From assembly GCA_040373665.1 (NCBI GenBank), contig JBEICA010000001.1, forward strand, positions 1 to 57,746: a stretch of DNA of 57,746 nt, written 5' to 3'. The notes beneath the pieces are model-generated. The model was not told where the DNA came from. It saw nothing but the letters and a program-made list of their open reading frames with translations, and made no database searches. A program made the translations under genes and the position numbers. This document shows positions 1 through 8,232 of the stretch, piece after piece (the first letter of the stretch is position 1; every line of letters begins with the position of its first letter). The stretch is from Burkholderiales bacterium (GTDB lineage: Bacteria > Pseudomonadota > Gammaproteobacteria > Burkholderiales > Ga0077523).

Positions 1-333
1 ATGCAGTTCTAGCCTGGATATTTCATCAGGCCACGGGATGATGGCGAGGCTCGTTGCGAGGCAGGCCGCGCATCCCGCGCCAAGCCAATAGCCGAGCCTA
101 TTGGCGCGAAGCGGGGGCGCGGGATGACCGCAGGGCGCCAGCCAGCGCCCGTGGAGGCCGACAGACAAAATCGTGCCGACGGCCAATTCGCCGCAAACCC
201 CATGAATATCCGTGTGCAGCCCATTTTCGGGGCCGACCTGGTGAAATTTGCGGGCTAGCAACGCGGGCTGGCGGTGCGGCACAACACTACCGCTTGATGA
301 CCTGATCATGCGCTCCGGTTTTCGGAGGCAACC

Positions 334-1542
334 TCAAGTCTGATGTAGCGGTTCCGGCCTGGCTCCAACAGGCGACGCTCGGCAACACCCTCGTCGCGCG
401 GCAAAACCCAGCAAGCCCAGACCCGAGAGCAGCATGGCCCATGTTCCGGGTTCGGGAATGGCCGGGGTGAGCAGGAAGACGCTCGTCGCACCCGAGTAAG
501 TACCCAATCCGATGATCTGTCCCTTTTCGTTGACATCAAGGGCTTCGGTCAGCGTGCTCCAGGAACTGCCGGACGGCAGGAGTTCGTTCAGGTAGGTCTG
601 TGTCCACCCGCTGCCAGAGTTGGTCCACATCGTTGCCCGATGATCGTAGCCCGCATACCAGACGCCGCCGACCACGACTCCGCTGTCGTTGATCCCGTTC
701 GCGAAGCCATTGATGCCGCCGCCCGGCGTGGTGACCGGAAGCAAGCTTACGCTGCCCATCGTCCAGACGAACGGCTTGTATTCAGCCGCATAGCTGGTCG
801 ATGGGTTTGCTCCGCCGACGACTGTGCCGGCATCGTTGATGGCCTTGCCGATGAAGACACATTGTGTGTCCAGGCAAAAGTTTGCGGGGCGCAGATCGGG
901 CTGGGCGCCGAGCGGATCGCGGCTGTCCGTTCCCGAAACGACCGTGGTACCTGTCGGGCCGGAGCGGGCGGCGTTGTAGTAGGGCCAGATCTGGTTGATC
1001 AATGCGGTACCGCCGTTGTTGATGCCGACGCCCGGTCCGGTCGCATAACTGGTGGCGCTTCCGTTCATGAGAAAGCCCAGTTGGCTGGGGTCATGGCCAC
1101 CCGCTCCGTTCGGATCCCAGCGCACGCCTCCCCAGAGGGGGCCACCCCCGATGCTGCCGGCGATCTGGCCGGCGTCATTGATCGCGAATGCCTGTGAGCC
1201 GACTGAGCCGTCCGGCATGGGGAGGGCGGACGCAGCTGCGCCGCCGGACCAGACCATGCCTGCGTTGTTGTTCATGTCCATGCCAACGGCGACATTGGCA
1301 TTGTTGATGCCGCGGAACTGCAGGATGTTGGAGACCGTTTGCGTCTGATACACCCCGCCGGCGCCGGGTGACATGACCTTGTTGCCGAACACGACCCAGC
1401 CGTTGTCGTTGATGGCCATCGGCAGGCCTTCGGAGTAGCCGGTATGGGGGCCGAGATCGGTGATGGTCCAGCCAGCCGCCTGGACGCTGCCCGCACACAA
1501 GGCGAGCGCCGCTTCTGCGACAAGAGGGAGTCGTCGTTTCAT
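334..1542 (-). CDS. PEP-CTERM-anchored secreted protein with HAF-type (INDxG) repeats
   Basis: Part of ORF 334..1752. Internal ATG at 1542 gives MKRRLPLVAEAALALCAGSVQA, a signal peptide. AINDNG/AINDAG/GINDSG-type motifs repeat. C-terminus IPEPGTWAMLLSGLGLLGFAARR is a PEP motif plus TM helix plus Arg cluster. Confidence 0.8.
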   Translation of the reverse strand: MKRRLPLVAEAALALCAGSVQAAGWTITDLGPHTGYSEGLPMAINDNGWVVFGNKVMSPGAGGVYQTQTVSNILQFRGINNANVAVGMDMNNNAGMVWSGGAAASALPMPDGSVGSQAFAINDAGQIAGSIGGGPLWGGVRWDPNGAGGHDPSQLGFLMNGSATSYATGPGVGINNGGTALINQIWPYYNAARSGPTGTTVVSGTDSRDPLGAQPDLRPANFCLDTQCVFIGKAINDAGTVVGGANPSTSYAAEYKPFVWTMGSVSLLPVTTPGGGINGFANGINDSGVVVGGVWYAGYDHRATMWTNSGSGWTQTYLNELLPSGSSWSTLTEALDVNEKGQIIGLGTYSGATSVFLLTPAIPEPGTWAMLLSGLGLLGFAARRGCCRASPVGARPEPLHQT

Positions 1543-1754
1543 GATGGTCTCCGGAAGGTTGGCGAGCGGAAGGCAGGGGCGCGAGCATCCTGTTCTTATT
1601 CTTCTTTGAAACAATGATCGCCCCTCGTGAGCCCACGCAGCATGACCGGGATCAAGAGGACAGGCATTTCCAACGGCATCTTTCGTCCGGTTGGGCCTGC
1701 ATCCCCGATGCTCCGAGACGTCCACTGCGGTCAATCGGGTGCTCTGCATCACCT

Positions 1755-1913
1755 CTACAGTCGCCCGATGACCACCATCACGAGCAGGAGGATGAGCACG
1801 AGGCTGAGAACGCCGATCGGAGCGTAGCCCCAGGCACGGCTGTACGGCCAGGCGGGAATCGCGCCTACCAGCATGAGCAGCACGACGATCAGCAGGATTG
1901 TCCCGAGGCTCAT
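1755..1913 (-). CDS. DUF3309 family small membrane protein (52 aa)
   Basis: C-terminal part of ORF 1755..2156: MSLGTILLIVVLLMLVGAIPAWPYSRAWGYAPIGVLSLVLILLLVMVVIGRL. The WPYSR-WGY core flanked by two hydrophobic helices is typical of DUF3309. AAGGA lies about 9 nt upstream of the ATG at 1913. Confidence 0.7.
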   Translation of the reverse strand: MSLGTILLIVVLLMLVGAIPAWPYSRAWGYAPIGVLSLVLILLLVMVVIGRL

Positions 1914-2242
1914 GGGGCGCATTCCTTCTTGATGGCGACGGTGTCCGGACGGTGCTGTCGCCAACGACGCCATGCGCACCTTCCTGGGGCTCCGAACGTA
2001 CCGCCGTGGGTGGGCGCCAGTCCGTGCGCTACCGAACCATCGCCCTGTGAGCGCGTCCCCCGGCCATGCGCATGGCGTTCCACCAGACCGCCTCCTGCAG
2101 GCGATGGCGACCGTGGCGTCGCGACGGTTTGGATGCCGTCCCGTGCGCCACCGCACCGACAGGGGGCGAAGCGGCTCGCATGCTGATCTCTCAGTGGCTG
2201 CGCACCACCTTCCCTATCCGAGGCCGGGCGCAGTGCGACCAA

Positions 2243-2827
2243 ATGAAGTCAGGCATGCACACACGCAACGCAGTGCACGGCGCCGCCTTCTTCGCGTCCA
2301 CCTTGCTGGCCAGGTCCGTCCGCGTAGTGACGCGCGACCAGGAGATCGTCGGCGCCGATGTGGAAGACAGCGTCATCACCGCGGAGGTGAAGCGGCGCCT
2401 GGCGAGCAACAAGGCAGTGGATGCCTCGAGCATCAGCGTCGAGACCCGACGCCGAATCGTGATGCTGCCCGGCTTTGCCCAGTACGCCGCGGAGCGCACT
2501 ACCGCCGAATGTCTGGTCTGGAAGGTCAAGGTCGCCAAGGCAATGCGATGGCTGCAGGACGCCGTCTGCAGCCGCGCCAGTGGAATCTCCGCCCCCGCGT
2601 GTGCCGGCTGGGTCGTGCCCTGCCATTGCACCCGTTGGCCCCTCGGCGAGGGCCTCCGATGGCCTCGAGTCCTTGTCAGACCCGTCACGCCGGCGAAGCC
2701 GGGCGTCCGACGATTTGGTCAGGCGCCGTTGCGTCGCCGGCGTCGCTGGACGGCGCCAAACACCAGCGCAGCGCCGCAGCCCAGCAACAGCGCGCTGGAC
2801 GGTTCGGGGATCGGCAGGCTGGTGTAG
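2243..2827 (+). CDS. BON-domain (OsmY-like) protein; 3' end doubtful, possibly degraded
   Basis: Within ORF 2066..2827. DSVITAEVKRRLASNKAVDASSISVETRRRIVMLPGF matches the BON domain pattern. The signal peptide is poor. After about residue 110 the sequence is Arg/Pro-rich and overlaps the convergent gene 2719..3636. Confidence 0.4.
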   Translation: MKSGMHTRNAVHGAAFFASTLLARSVRVVTRDQEIVGADVEDSVITAEVKRRLASNKAVDASSISVETRRRIVMLPGFAQYAAERTTAECLVWKVKVAKAMRWLQDAVCSRASGISAPACAGWVVPCHCTRWPLGEGLRWPRVLVRPVTPAKPGVRRFGQAPLRRRRRWTAPNTSAAPQPSNSALDGSGIGRLV

Positions 2828-3636
2828 TCGTGTCCGCTGGCGCTGCTGAGCGTGACCCCGGGCGTCATGACCTCGATCCAGAAGCCGGCCGTATTTGCTG
2901 CATTGGCGGTGGCTTCGGACCACGCGACGTAGTTGCCTCCCGCGGTCTGACGGCCGGCCCAGGCACTCGCACTGGCGCCCAGACTGGCGTCGATGTCGAA
3001 GACGCCCCACTGGAAGCCGCCTGCGCTTCTTTCGGTCTGTGCCATGCCGCTCACGAGATCGCCGCCGGTGAGTTGCATGGCGATGTCGAGGCCCGGATAG
3101 CGCGGGTGATCAACGAACAGCCAGGCATTCACCGCAGCCTCGCCGGCGCCGCTGACCGCCGTGCTCCCGCTCAACTTCAGGTGGAAGTTGAGCACCACGT
3201 TGGGCACGTAGCCGATGGACATGTTGACCGTGATCGTGTCGTGCCAGTGGGACGTCGCCTGCGCCTCGGACTGGGCCAGATACACGTTGTCGACCTGCCG
3301 GGTCTCGCCCTGTTCGTTGACGTAGACATAGGCCATCGGGTCGGAACTGGCGCGTGCCCGGGCGTAGGCGTGCAATGCCCCGCCGCCCCCGGATGCGCTC
3401 GCGCCGGCGAGCGCGCCCTGGCTGAAGCTGAAGCGGCGGCCTTCCTCGGCGTCGACGTATACCGTCCCGCTGGAGGTGGCCAGATCGCTGCAGTTGCCTG
3501 CGAAGCTGTTCGACGCGCCGCCATCGGCACGCGTGCTCCCGGTAGCCGTACAGGTACCACCGGCAGCGCCCGCGGCCGGGGCGAGCATGCTCATCAGCAG
3601 TGCAAGCCCCAAGGCCGTGCCTGCCTGCAGCTTCAT
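2719..3636 (-). CDS. PEP-CTERM sorting-domain secreted protein
   Basis: Part of ORF 2719..3930. Start MKLQAGTALGLALLMSMLAPAAGA (signal peptide) at 3636. C-terminus LPIPEPSSALLLGCGAALVFGAVQRRRRR is a PEP-CTERM signal. Confidence 0.8.
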   Translation of the reverse strand: MKLQAGTALGLALLMSMLAPAAGAAGGTCTATGSTRADGGASNSFAGNCSDLATSSGTVYVDAEEGRRFSFSQGALAGASASGGGGALHAYARARASSDPMAYVYVNEQGETRQVDNVYLAQSEAQATSHWHDTITVNMSIGYVPNVVLNFHLKLSGSTAVSGAGEAAVNAWLFVDHPRYPGLDIAMQLTGGDLVSGMAQTERSAGGFQWGVFDIDASLGASASAWAGRQTAGGNYVAWSEATANAANTAGFWIEVMTPGVTLSSASGHDYTSLPIPEPSSALLLGCGAALVFGAVQRRRRRNGA

Positions 3637-3843
3637 GTTTGTCGTCACGGCGACTCCGCTGTGTAGAGGAAAGTGATCGGTGGCCATTGCACCATCGACT
3701 CCGATGCCCGGCGTTGATCTGGCGCAATGCCGGCGTCGTTTTCCGCCGCGGCCTCGCGACGCCGGCGTGCCAGCACGCGGGGTTGAATCGAGGCTATGCA
3801 GTGGGCGCTGTCGAAGGCCGGGCGCTCGCCCGTCGACCGGTGG

Positions 3844-3885
3844 AAAAGAGACGCGCGGTGTCGGTGTCGCGGGACCCTGCGTCTC
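3844..3885 (-). terminator. Possible intrinsic terminator closing the xmo/cop operon
   Basis: Minus strand reads GAGACGC-(24 nt)-GCGTCTC followed by TTTTCC, immediately after the PCu(A)C stop codon (3887-3889). The stem is only 7 bp and the loop is large. Confidence 0.35.
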
Positions 3886-3886
3886 G

Positions 3887-4411
3887 TCAGTGCTTGTGCC
3901 CGGACGGGTGCTTGCCGTGGGGGGCAGCACCGCCGGCCGTGCAGCCCTTGCCGGTCTGGCCGGCCGTCTCGATCATGAAGCTGATGCGGGCGGCGCCGGC
4001 GCGTTCGAACTGCAGCGCACCCGGCACCGCCGCGCCCTGCCGCAGGTCCCTGGACGCCTGCGGGAACTCGATCACGTGCGCCGGGGGCATGAGGCTGGCG
4101 CGTCCCCCGGCCGGCAGGTCGACCCCCGCCACCGGCTGTGGCACACCCCCGCCGGACCGGGGCAACGCCAGGATCCTGCCCCACGGCCCGTCTCCGAGTT
4201 GCGCGCCCACCAGCCGGTCGGGCTGACCGCCCTGGTTGACGAGCAGCATCACGTAGGCCTTCGTGACCGGACCGTCGCAGGCGCTGTCCACCCGGACGAA
4301 GGGATGTGCGATGGTGATCGGGCCGTGCCTGAAGTCGTGTGCCCAGGCTGACGATGCCGACAGGCAGAGCAGCGAGGCGAGGGCGATGCGTACCGGGGCG
4401 GTCATGGACAT
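3887..4411 (-). CDS. Copper chaperone PCu(A)C (DUF461 family) with His-rich tail
   Basis: Signal peptide ...SASSAWA then HDFRHGPITIAHPFVRV...AYVMLLVNQGGQPDRLVG, the typical PCuAC N-terminal pattern. C-terminus is HGKHPSGHKH. Confidence 0.8.
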   Translation of the reverse strand: MSMTAPVRIALASLLCLSASSAWAHDFRHGPITIAHPFVRVDSACDGPVTKAYVMLLVNQGGQPDRLVGAQLGDGPWGRILALPRSGGGVPQPVAGVDLPAGGRASLMPPAHVIEFPQASRDLRQGAAVPGALQFERAGAARISFMIETAGQTGKGCTAGGAAPHGKHPSGHKH

Positions 4412-4429
4412 GGGGTTCTGCTCGTGGGA

Positions 4430-5293
4430 TCAGGGGTCGGGAACGGGGCGGGCCCCGGCGAGCGCGGCCTGCAGGCGCTCGGTGAATCGCGCAGGCCGCC
4501 TGGCGTGGCTTTCGGTGCCTGCGCAGAACTCCACGCGTGCGCCGGGAGCGCAGTGCTCTGCGACGCTGCAGGTGTCGGCGCCGACGCCGGCCGGCAGCGG
4601 GGCGCAGGAGAAGCAGCGTGCCCACCAGTGAGCGGCACCCTCGCCATAGCCGGGAAAATGCTCGTCCGTGCCGGAATGCAGGATGGTCACCGACAATGGG
4701 GCCGGGCAGGTTTCGCGGGCCAGATCCTCGGCGCGGATCCCGGCGGCGCTGGCGACGATGGCAGCGGGTTGCACGGCGTCCGCCGCTCGGCGCAGTACTG
4801 CTCCCTGTGACATCGACCCGCCGTCCGAGTGACCGGCGAAGACCACGCGCCGCGTGTCGATGCACCAGCGTCCTGCGACCGTGGCGGCGACCTCCGACTG
4901 GCGCTGGACAGCGAGAGCCGACAGCGGCAGCGGGGCGCTCAGCGCCACGACGAAGCCGGCCGCGGTTGCCTCGGCCGTGACGTCGTAGAAGCGCTCGGCT
5001 GCCGATGGGGCGAAGCCGGCGGGCGGGAACAGCACCAGCAGGCCGTAGCGCCGATCTGCACGGTAGTCGGTCGGCGTGACGACGCTGATCTCCAGGCCGT
5101 GAGGGGTGCTGGTCTCGCTGCGGCCGGCCGGTCCGGGTGCCGGCGCCTCGCACATGCCCGCCGACTGCGGCCCGGCGGGACGCGCCTCGGGAGAGGGTTG
5201 CAGCAGGGTGCGGCCGAACAGGATGGCCAGCGACAGCACGAGCAGCCACGGCGCCACGCGGGCTACGCGCGTGAGGGTCTTGCCGCCCGTCAC
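4430..5293 (-). CDS. Alpha/beta-hydrolase esterase (PHB-depolymerase/LpqC-like), Cys-rich
   Basis: N-terminal TM/signal helix. GHSDGG nucleophile elbow (G-x-S-x-G). Overall layout resembles COG3509-type esterases. Confidence 0.6.
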   Translation of the reverse strand: MTGGKTLTRVARVAPWLLVLSLAILFGRTLLQPSPEARPAGPQSAGMCEAPAPGPAGRSETSTPHGLEISVVTPTDYRADRRYGLLVLFPPAGFAPSAAERFYDVTAEATAAGFVVALSAPLPLSALAVQRQSEVAATVAGRWCIDTRRVVFAGHSDGGSMSQGAVLRRAADAVQPAAIVASAAGIRAEDLARETCPAPLSVTILHSGTDEHFPGYGEGAAHWWARCFSCAPLPAGVGADTCSVAEHCAPGARVEFCAGTESHARRPARFTERLQAALAGARPVPDP

Positions 5294-5344
5294 GGCGTGC
5301 CTCTTCCAGCGTGGCGATCGGCCCCGCGCGCGGTGACCGGCGGT

Positions 5345-7231
5345 TCAGCGCGGACCATGGATATCGGCATCGCGGATCCGCGGCTCGCGCGCGAGCCCTG
5401 CGACCATCGCCGCCACCTCGTCGACGCCCGGAAGCGGAGTGGTCGCGGTCCAGCGGGCGCGCACGAAGCCGAAGCGGTCGATGAGGAACAGCAGGCCGCC
5501 TGCGCTGACGCGTTCGTCGTCGAAGTCGGGATCTTCCAGCGTGCGCCGGTACAGCGCCCACGCAGCGGCCACGTCACCGGTCTCGTCCACCACCGCATCC
5601 CAGCCCGGTGGCCGCGCGGACGTGGCTGCAGCAGGCGAGAGAACGGCGACCGCTTGCACGCCGGCCTGCGTCCGCGCGTCCGCCAGGGCGCCCAGCCGCC
5701 GGGCCTGCGCGGGGTCGTCCGCGAAGGCCAGCAGCACCGGCTGCTCCTGCCTGCGCCACCCGGCGAGGCTGCGCAACTCGTTGGTGGTATCGGCATGGCG
5801 CAGGTCGATGGCAGGCAGCCAGGGATCGTTCGGGATGATGCGGCCGGTCACCGGCCGCGCCTCGTGGCCCAGGGACAGGGCTGACAGGTAATTGAGCAGC
5901 TGCCAGCGCTCGTCCGCGGACAGGCGGTCGCGGAATCCGGGCATGCCGGAGCGGCCCATGCCCTCGGACAGCCACCAGTAGAGATCGCCGTGGGTGTGCC
6001 ACTGGACGTGCGGTTCCGTGAGGTTGGCGGCGCGCACCGGCAGCTGGCCGGCGAGCGGGCCGTCGCCGCGACCTTGCACGCCGTGGCAGTCCACGCACCA
6101 CTGCCGATACAGCCGCGCCCCGGCGGTCACCGAGCCGGTGTCGTAGGGCACGGGTGAGTGCAGGTAGGTGGTCGGATAGGCGTCCACGGAGAGCGCCGGG
6201 ACGGCCAGTGCGATGCCGGCGACCAGTCCGGTGGTGGCGATCGCGCCTGCCTGCCAGGCACTGCGGTGGCGGCGTCGCCAGGCGAGCAGCGCGCCGGTCG
6301 CCGCCGGGATGGGTGCCAGCAGGGCAGGCCACAGCGCCGTCCAGCTGCTCTGGAGCCATGCCGCGGTCGGCGCAATACGGAACGGGAAGGGCCAGTCGAT
6401 GACGTCGTGGGCGGCGGGGATGGTGGTCGCCACCTCCACCGCCGCTGCGACGATGAGCACGCACAGGGCGCTCTCCAACGCCAGCCATGCGGCCGCCCGG
6501 CCATGGTCCGCCGAGGTGCCGCGCGCCAGCCAGCGCCGCAACCGGCCCGCGCAGAAAAGCGCGGCGACGATGCAGCCGAGCTTGGCCAGCAGCCAATGGC
6601 CGTAGGGTGTCGCCAGCAGCGCCGCGCCCGAGGCGACGGTGCGATCCGCCAGCAGCACGCCCGTGGCCAGCAACAGCACCATGCCGCGCAGGGCCCAGGG
6701 CGAGAAGGCCTGCAGGACGTCGCGCCAGCGGCCGCCGAATCGACCGCGCGCCTCCAGGGCGCGGCAGGTGACAAGGGCCCCCAGACCCGCGACCCACAGG
6801 GTGGCGAGCGCAAGGTGCACTACGGCCGCGATGTCGAGGACCCCGCCGTCCCCCGACGCGATCACATGGCCTCGCAGTGCCCCCCCGGCGGCCGCCGCCA
6901 GCGCCAGACCGGCCGCCACCCGTGTCCAGCCGCCGATGGCCAGACTGACGAGCGCGAGGGCTGCGCACAAAGCCTGGGCAACCAGAACCCGGCCGATCCA
7001 GGTGGTGAGCGCCGCGCCCATCCTTTCCGAAAGCGGCTCGTCCGGCAGCAGCATCCGCGCGTGGCCTGCCAGCATGAGACCGGCGGCGACGACGCACAGG
7101 GCGAGGGCGCCGCCGGCGATGCGTCCCAGCCGCGCCCGGGTGCAGTCGTCCAAGCGGTCCGGGGGCAACAGGCGGAGGCCGAGCAGGCCGGCTGCCAGGG
7201 CGGGAAGAAGTAGTTGAGCGGCGCGCAGCAT
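5345..7231 (-). CDS. copD: CopD-family copper-resistance membrane protein fused to a cytochrome c domain and a thioredoxin-like C-terminal domain
   Basis: About 330 aa of multiple hydrophobic helices (CopD-like). Then YRQWCVDCHGVQGRGDG (CxxCH haem c motif) ...MPGF. Then PVLLAFADD...GLLFLIDRFGFVRARW, a Trx/redoxin-like fold with no CxxC. Confidence 0.75.
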   Translation of the reverse strand: MLRAAQLLLPALAAGLLGLRLLPPDRLDDCTRARLGRIAGGALALCVVAAGLMLAGHARMLLPDEPLSERMGAALTTWIGRVLVAQALCAALALVSLAIGGWTRVAAGLALAAAAGGALRGHVIASGDGGVLDIAAVVHLALATLWVAGLGALVTCRALEARGRFGGRWRDVLQAFSPWALRGMVLLLATGVLLADRTVASGAALLATPYGHWLLAKLGCIVAALFCAGRLRRWLARGTSADHGRAAAWLALESALCVLIVAAAVEVATTIPAAHDVIDWPFPFRIAPTAAWLQSSWTALWPALLAPIPAATGALLAWRRRHRSAWQAGAIATTGLVAGIALAVPALSVDAYPTTYLHSPVPYDTGSVTAGARLYRQWCVDCHGVQGRGDGPLAGQLPVRAANLTEPHVQWHTHGDLYWWLSEGMGRSGMPGFRDRLSADERWQLLNYLSALSLGHEARPVTGRIIPNDPWLPAIDLRHADTTNELRSLAGWRRQEQPVLLAFADDPAQARRLGALADARTQAGVQAVAVLSPAAATSARPPGWDAVVDETGDVAAAWALYRRTLEDPDFDDERVSAGGLLFLIDRFGFVRARWTATTPLPGVDEVAAMVAGLAREPRIRDADIHGPR

Positions 7232-7309
7232 CCCGGCTCCAGCGCGGAGATCTCAGCGGCCTGCGGGATGATGGCGGGGCGCGTGGGGACCCGGTGAGCC
7301 CATGAGCTT

Positions 7310-7672
7310 TCAGCGCGGTGCGACGCTGAACGCGAGTTCACCCTTGGTCCGGTGGCCGTCACGCGCGACGATGGACCAGGCCAGGAGACACTCTCCAGCC
7401 GTGCCGGCTGGCAGTTGGATCGTCACGGTACGGCCGTCGGCTGACGCGCTGGTCCCGAGCCGCCCCTGCACCGGCTTGCCGCCGCAGCGCAGCGTGGCCC
7501 TGGCGAAGGCGGGCTCCACCGGCTCGGAGAATTGCAGCCGGACCCGGGACGGCGGCGCACCCAGCGCCGCCCTGTGCGGGGGATCGCTGGCCACCACGTA
7601 GGCATGGGCGAAGCCCGTCGACGGCAGGAGCGCCAGGGCGGCGCAGATCATCGCGGGGCCGCAGGGCTTCAT
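7310..7672 (-). CDS. copC: CopC-domain periplasmic copper-binding protein
   Basis: Part of ORF 7310..7780. MKPCGPAMICAALALLPSTGFA then HAYVVASDPPH...RVRLQFSEPVEPAF...WSIVARDGHRTKGELAFSV is the CopC pattern. Its ATG overlaps the upstream stop (ATGA at 7669-7672). Confidence 0.85.
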   Translation of the reverse strand: MKPCGPAMICAALALLPSTGFAHAYVVASDPPHRAALGAPPSRVRLQFSEPVEPAFARATLRCGGKPVQGRLGTSASADGRTVTIQLPAGTAGECLLAWSIVARDGHRTKGELAFSVAPR

Positions 7673-8232
7673 GCGTCGCCCGAGGTCGCGATCGAGCGCT
7701 GCAGGCGATGCCGGCCGAGCAGGTATCCCCCGGCACCGAGGAGCAGCAGCGCGATGGCGCCACCGGCAAACAGTGGCCACGCGGCGCGGTCCTTGCCCAC
7801 CGAGAAGGGAAACACGGCCGTGTGCTGGCGCTTCTCCCCGGCGTACACGACCCCGACGAAGTCGCCCGGCTCCTGGAAGTGGTAACGCAGTGTCAGCGTT
7901 CCCTTGGGGTAGACCTGGGGCGGCAGGCGGTAGGCGACATCGCTGGCATCGTTGACGTCGGCCCGGCGACGCGCGATCACCACCTCGATGGGCATGTCGC
8001 GCAACACGCTGTCGACGGCGTCGAGCACGATGATGGTTTCACCGGTGCGCGGGATGTCCTCGCAGAACTCGGAGCGCTGGGCGTCGAGCTGGTAGCCTGC
8101 GAAGTGCATCTGGTAGGGACCGAGCGTCAGCTTGCACTGGTCCTGGTCCATCGCCAGTCCGCCGTGGCCGTGGGCCGCCGGTGCGAGAAGGGTCGCGGCG
8201 AGCACCGCGACCCGGGCGATGCCGAGGCTCAT
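7669..8232 (-). CDS. PmoD/AmoD-like protein: signal peptide, about 130-aa periplasmic domain, C-terminal TM helix
   Basis: Part of ORF 7669..8370, starting at MSLGIARVAVLAATLLAPAA. Position directly after subunit B, the architecture and a Cys...MH motif (CKLTLGPYQMHF) resemble PmoD/AmoD. C-terminal helix is WPLFAGGAIALLLLGAGGYLLG. ATGA overlaps on both sides. The family assignment is tentative. Confidence 0.5.
   Translation of the reverse strand: MSLGIARVAVLAATLLAPAAHGHGGLAMDQDQCKLTLGPYQMHFAGYQLDAQRSEFCEDIPRTGETIIVLDAVDSVLRDMPIEVVIARRRADVNDASDVAYRLPPQVYPKGTLTLRYHFQEPGDFVGVVYAGEKRQHTAVFPFSVGKDRAAWPLFAGGAIALLLLGAGGYLLGRHRLQRSIATSGDA

Noticed and set aside
1-333. ORFs 9..224 (-) and 54..305 (+), and an 8-bp inverted repeat GCCAATAG...CTATTGGC near 82-105
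   Set aside because: The ORFs have no recognisable domains and mutually overlap at the window edge. The palindrome is short and has no context. The evidence is insufficient to call a feature.
3645-5561. 638-aa minus-strand ORF spanning the PCuAC and esterase region in another frame, with similar ORFs at 5574..7097 and 1972..3666
   Set aside because: Extremely Arg-rich (runs of RRR/GRR). It overlaps genes with clear family signatures in other frames.
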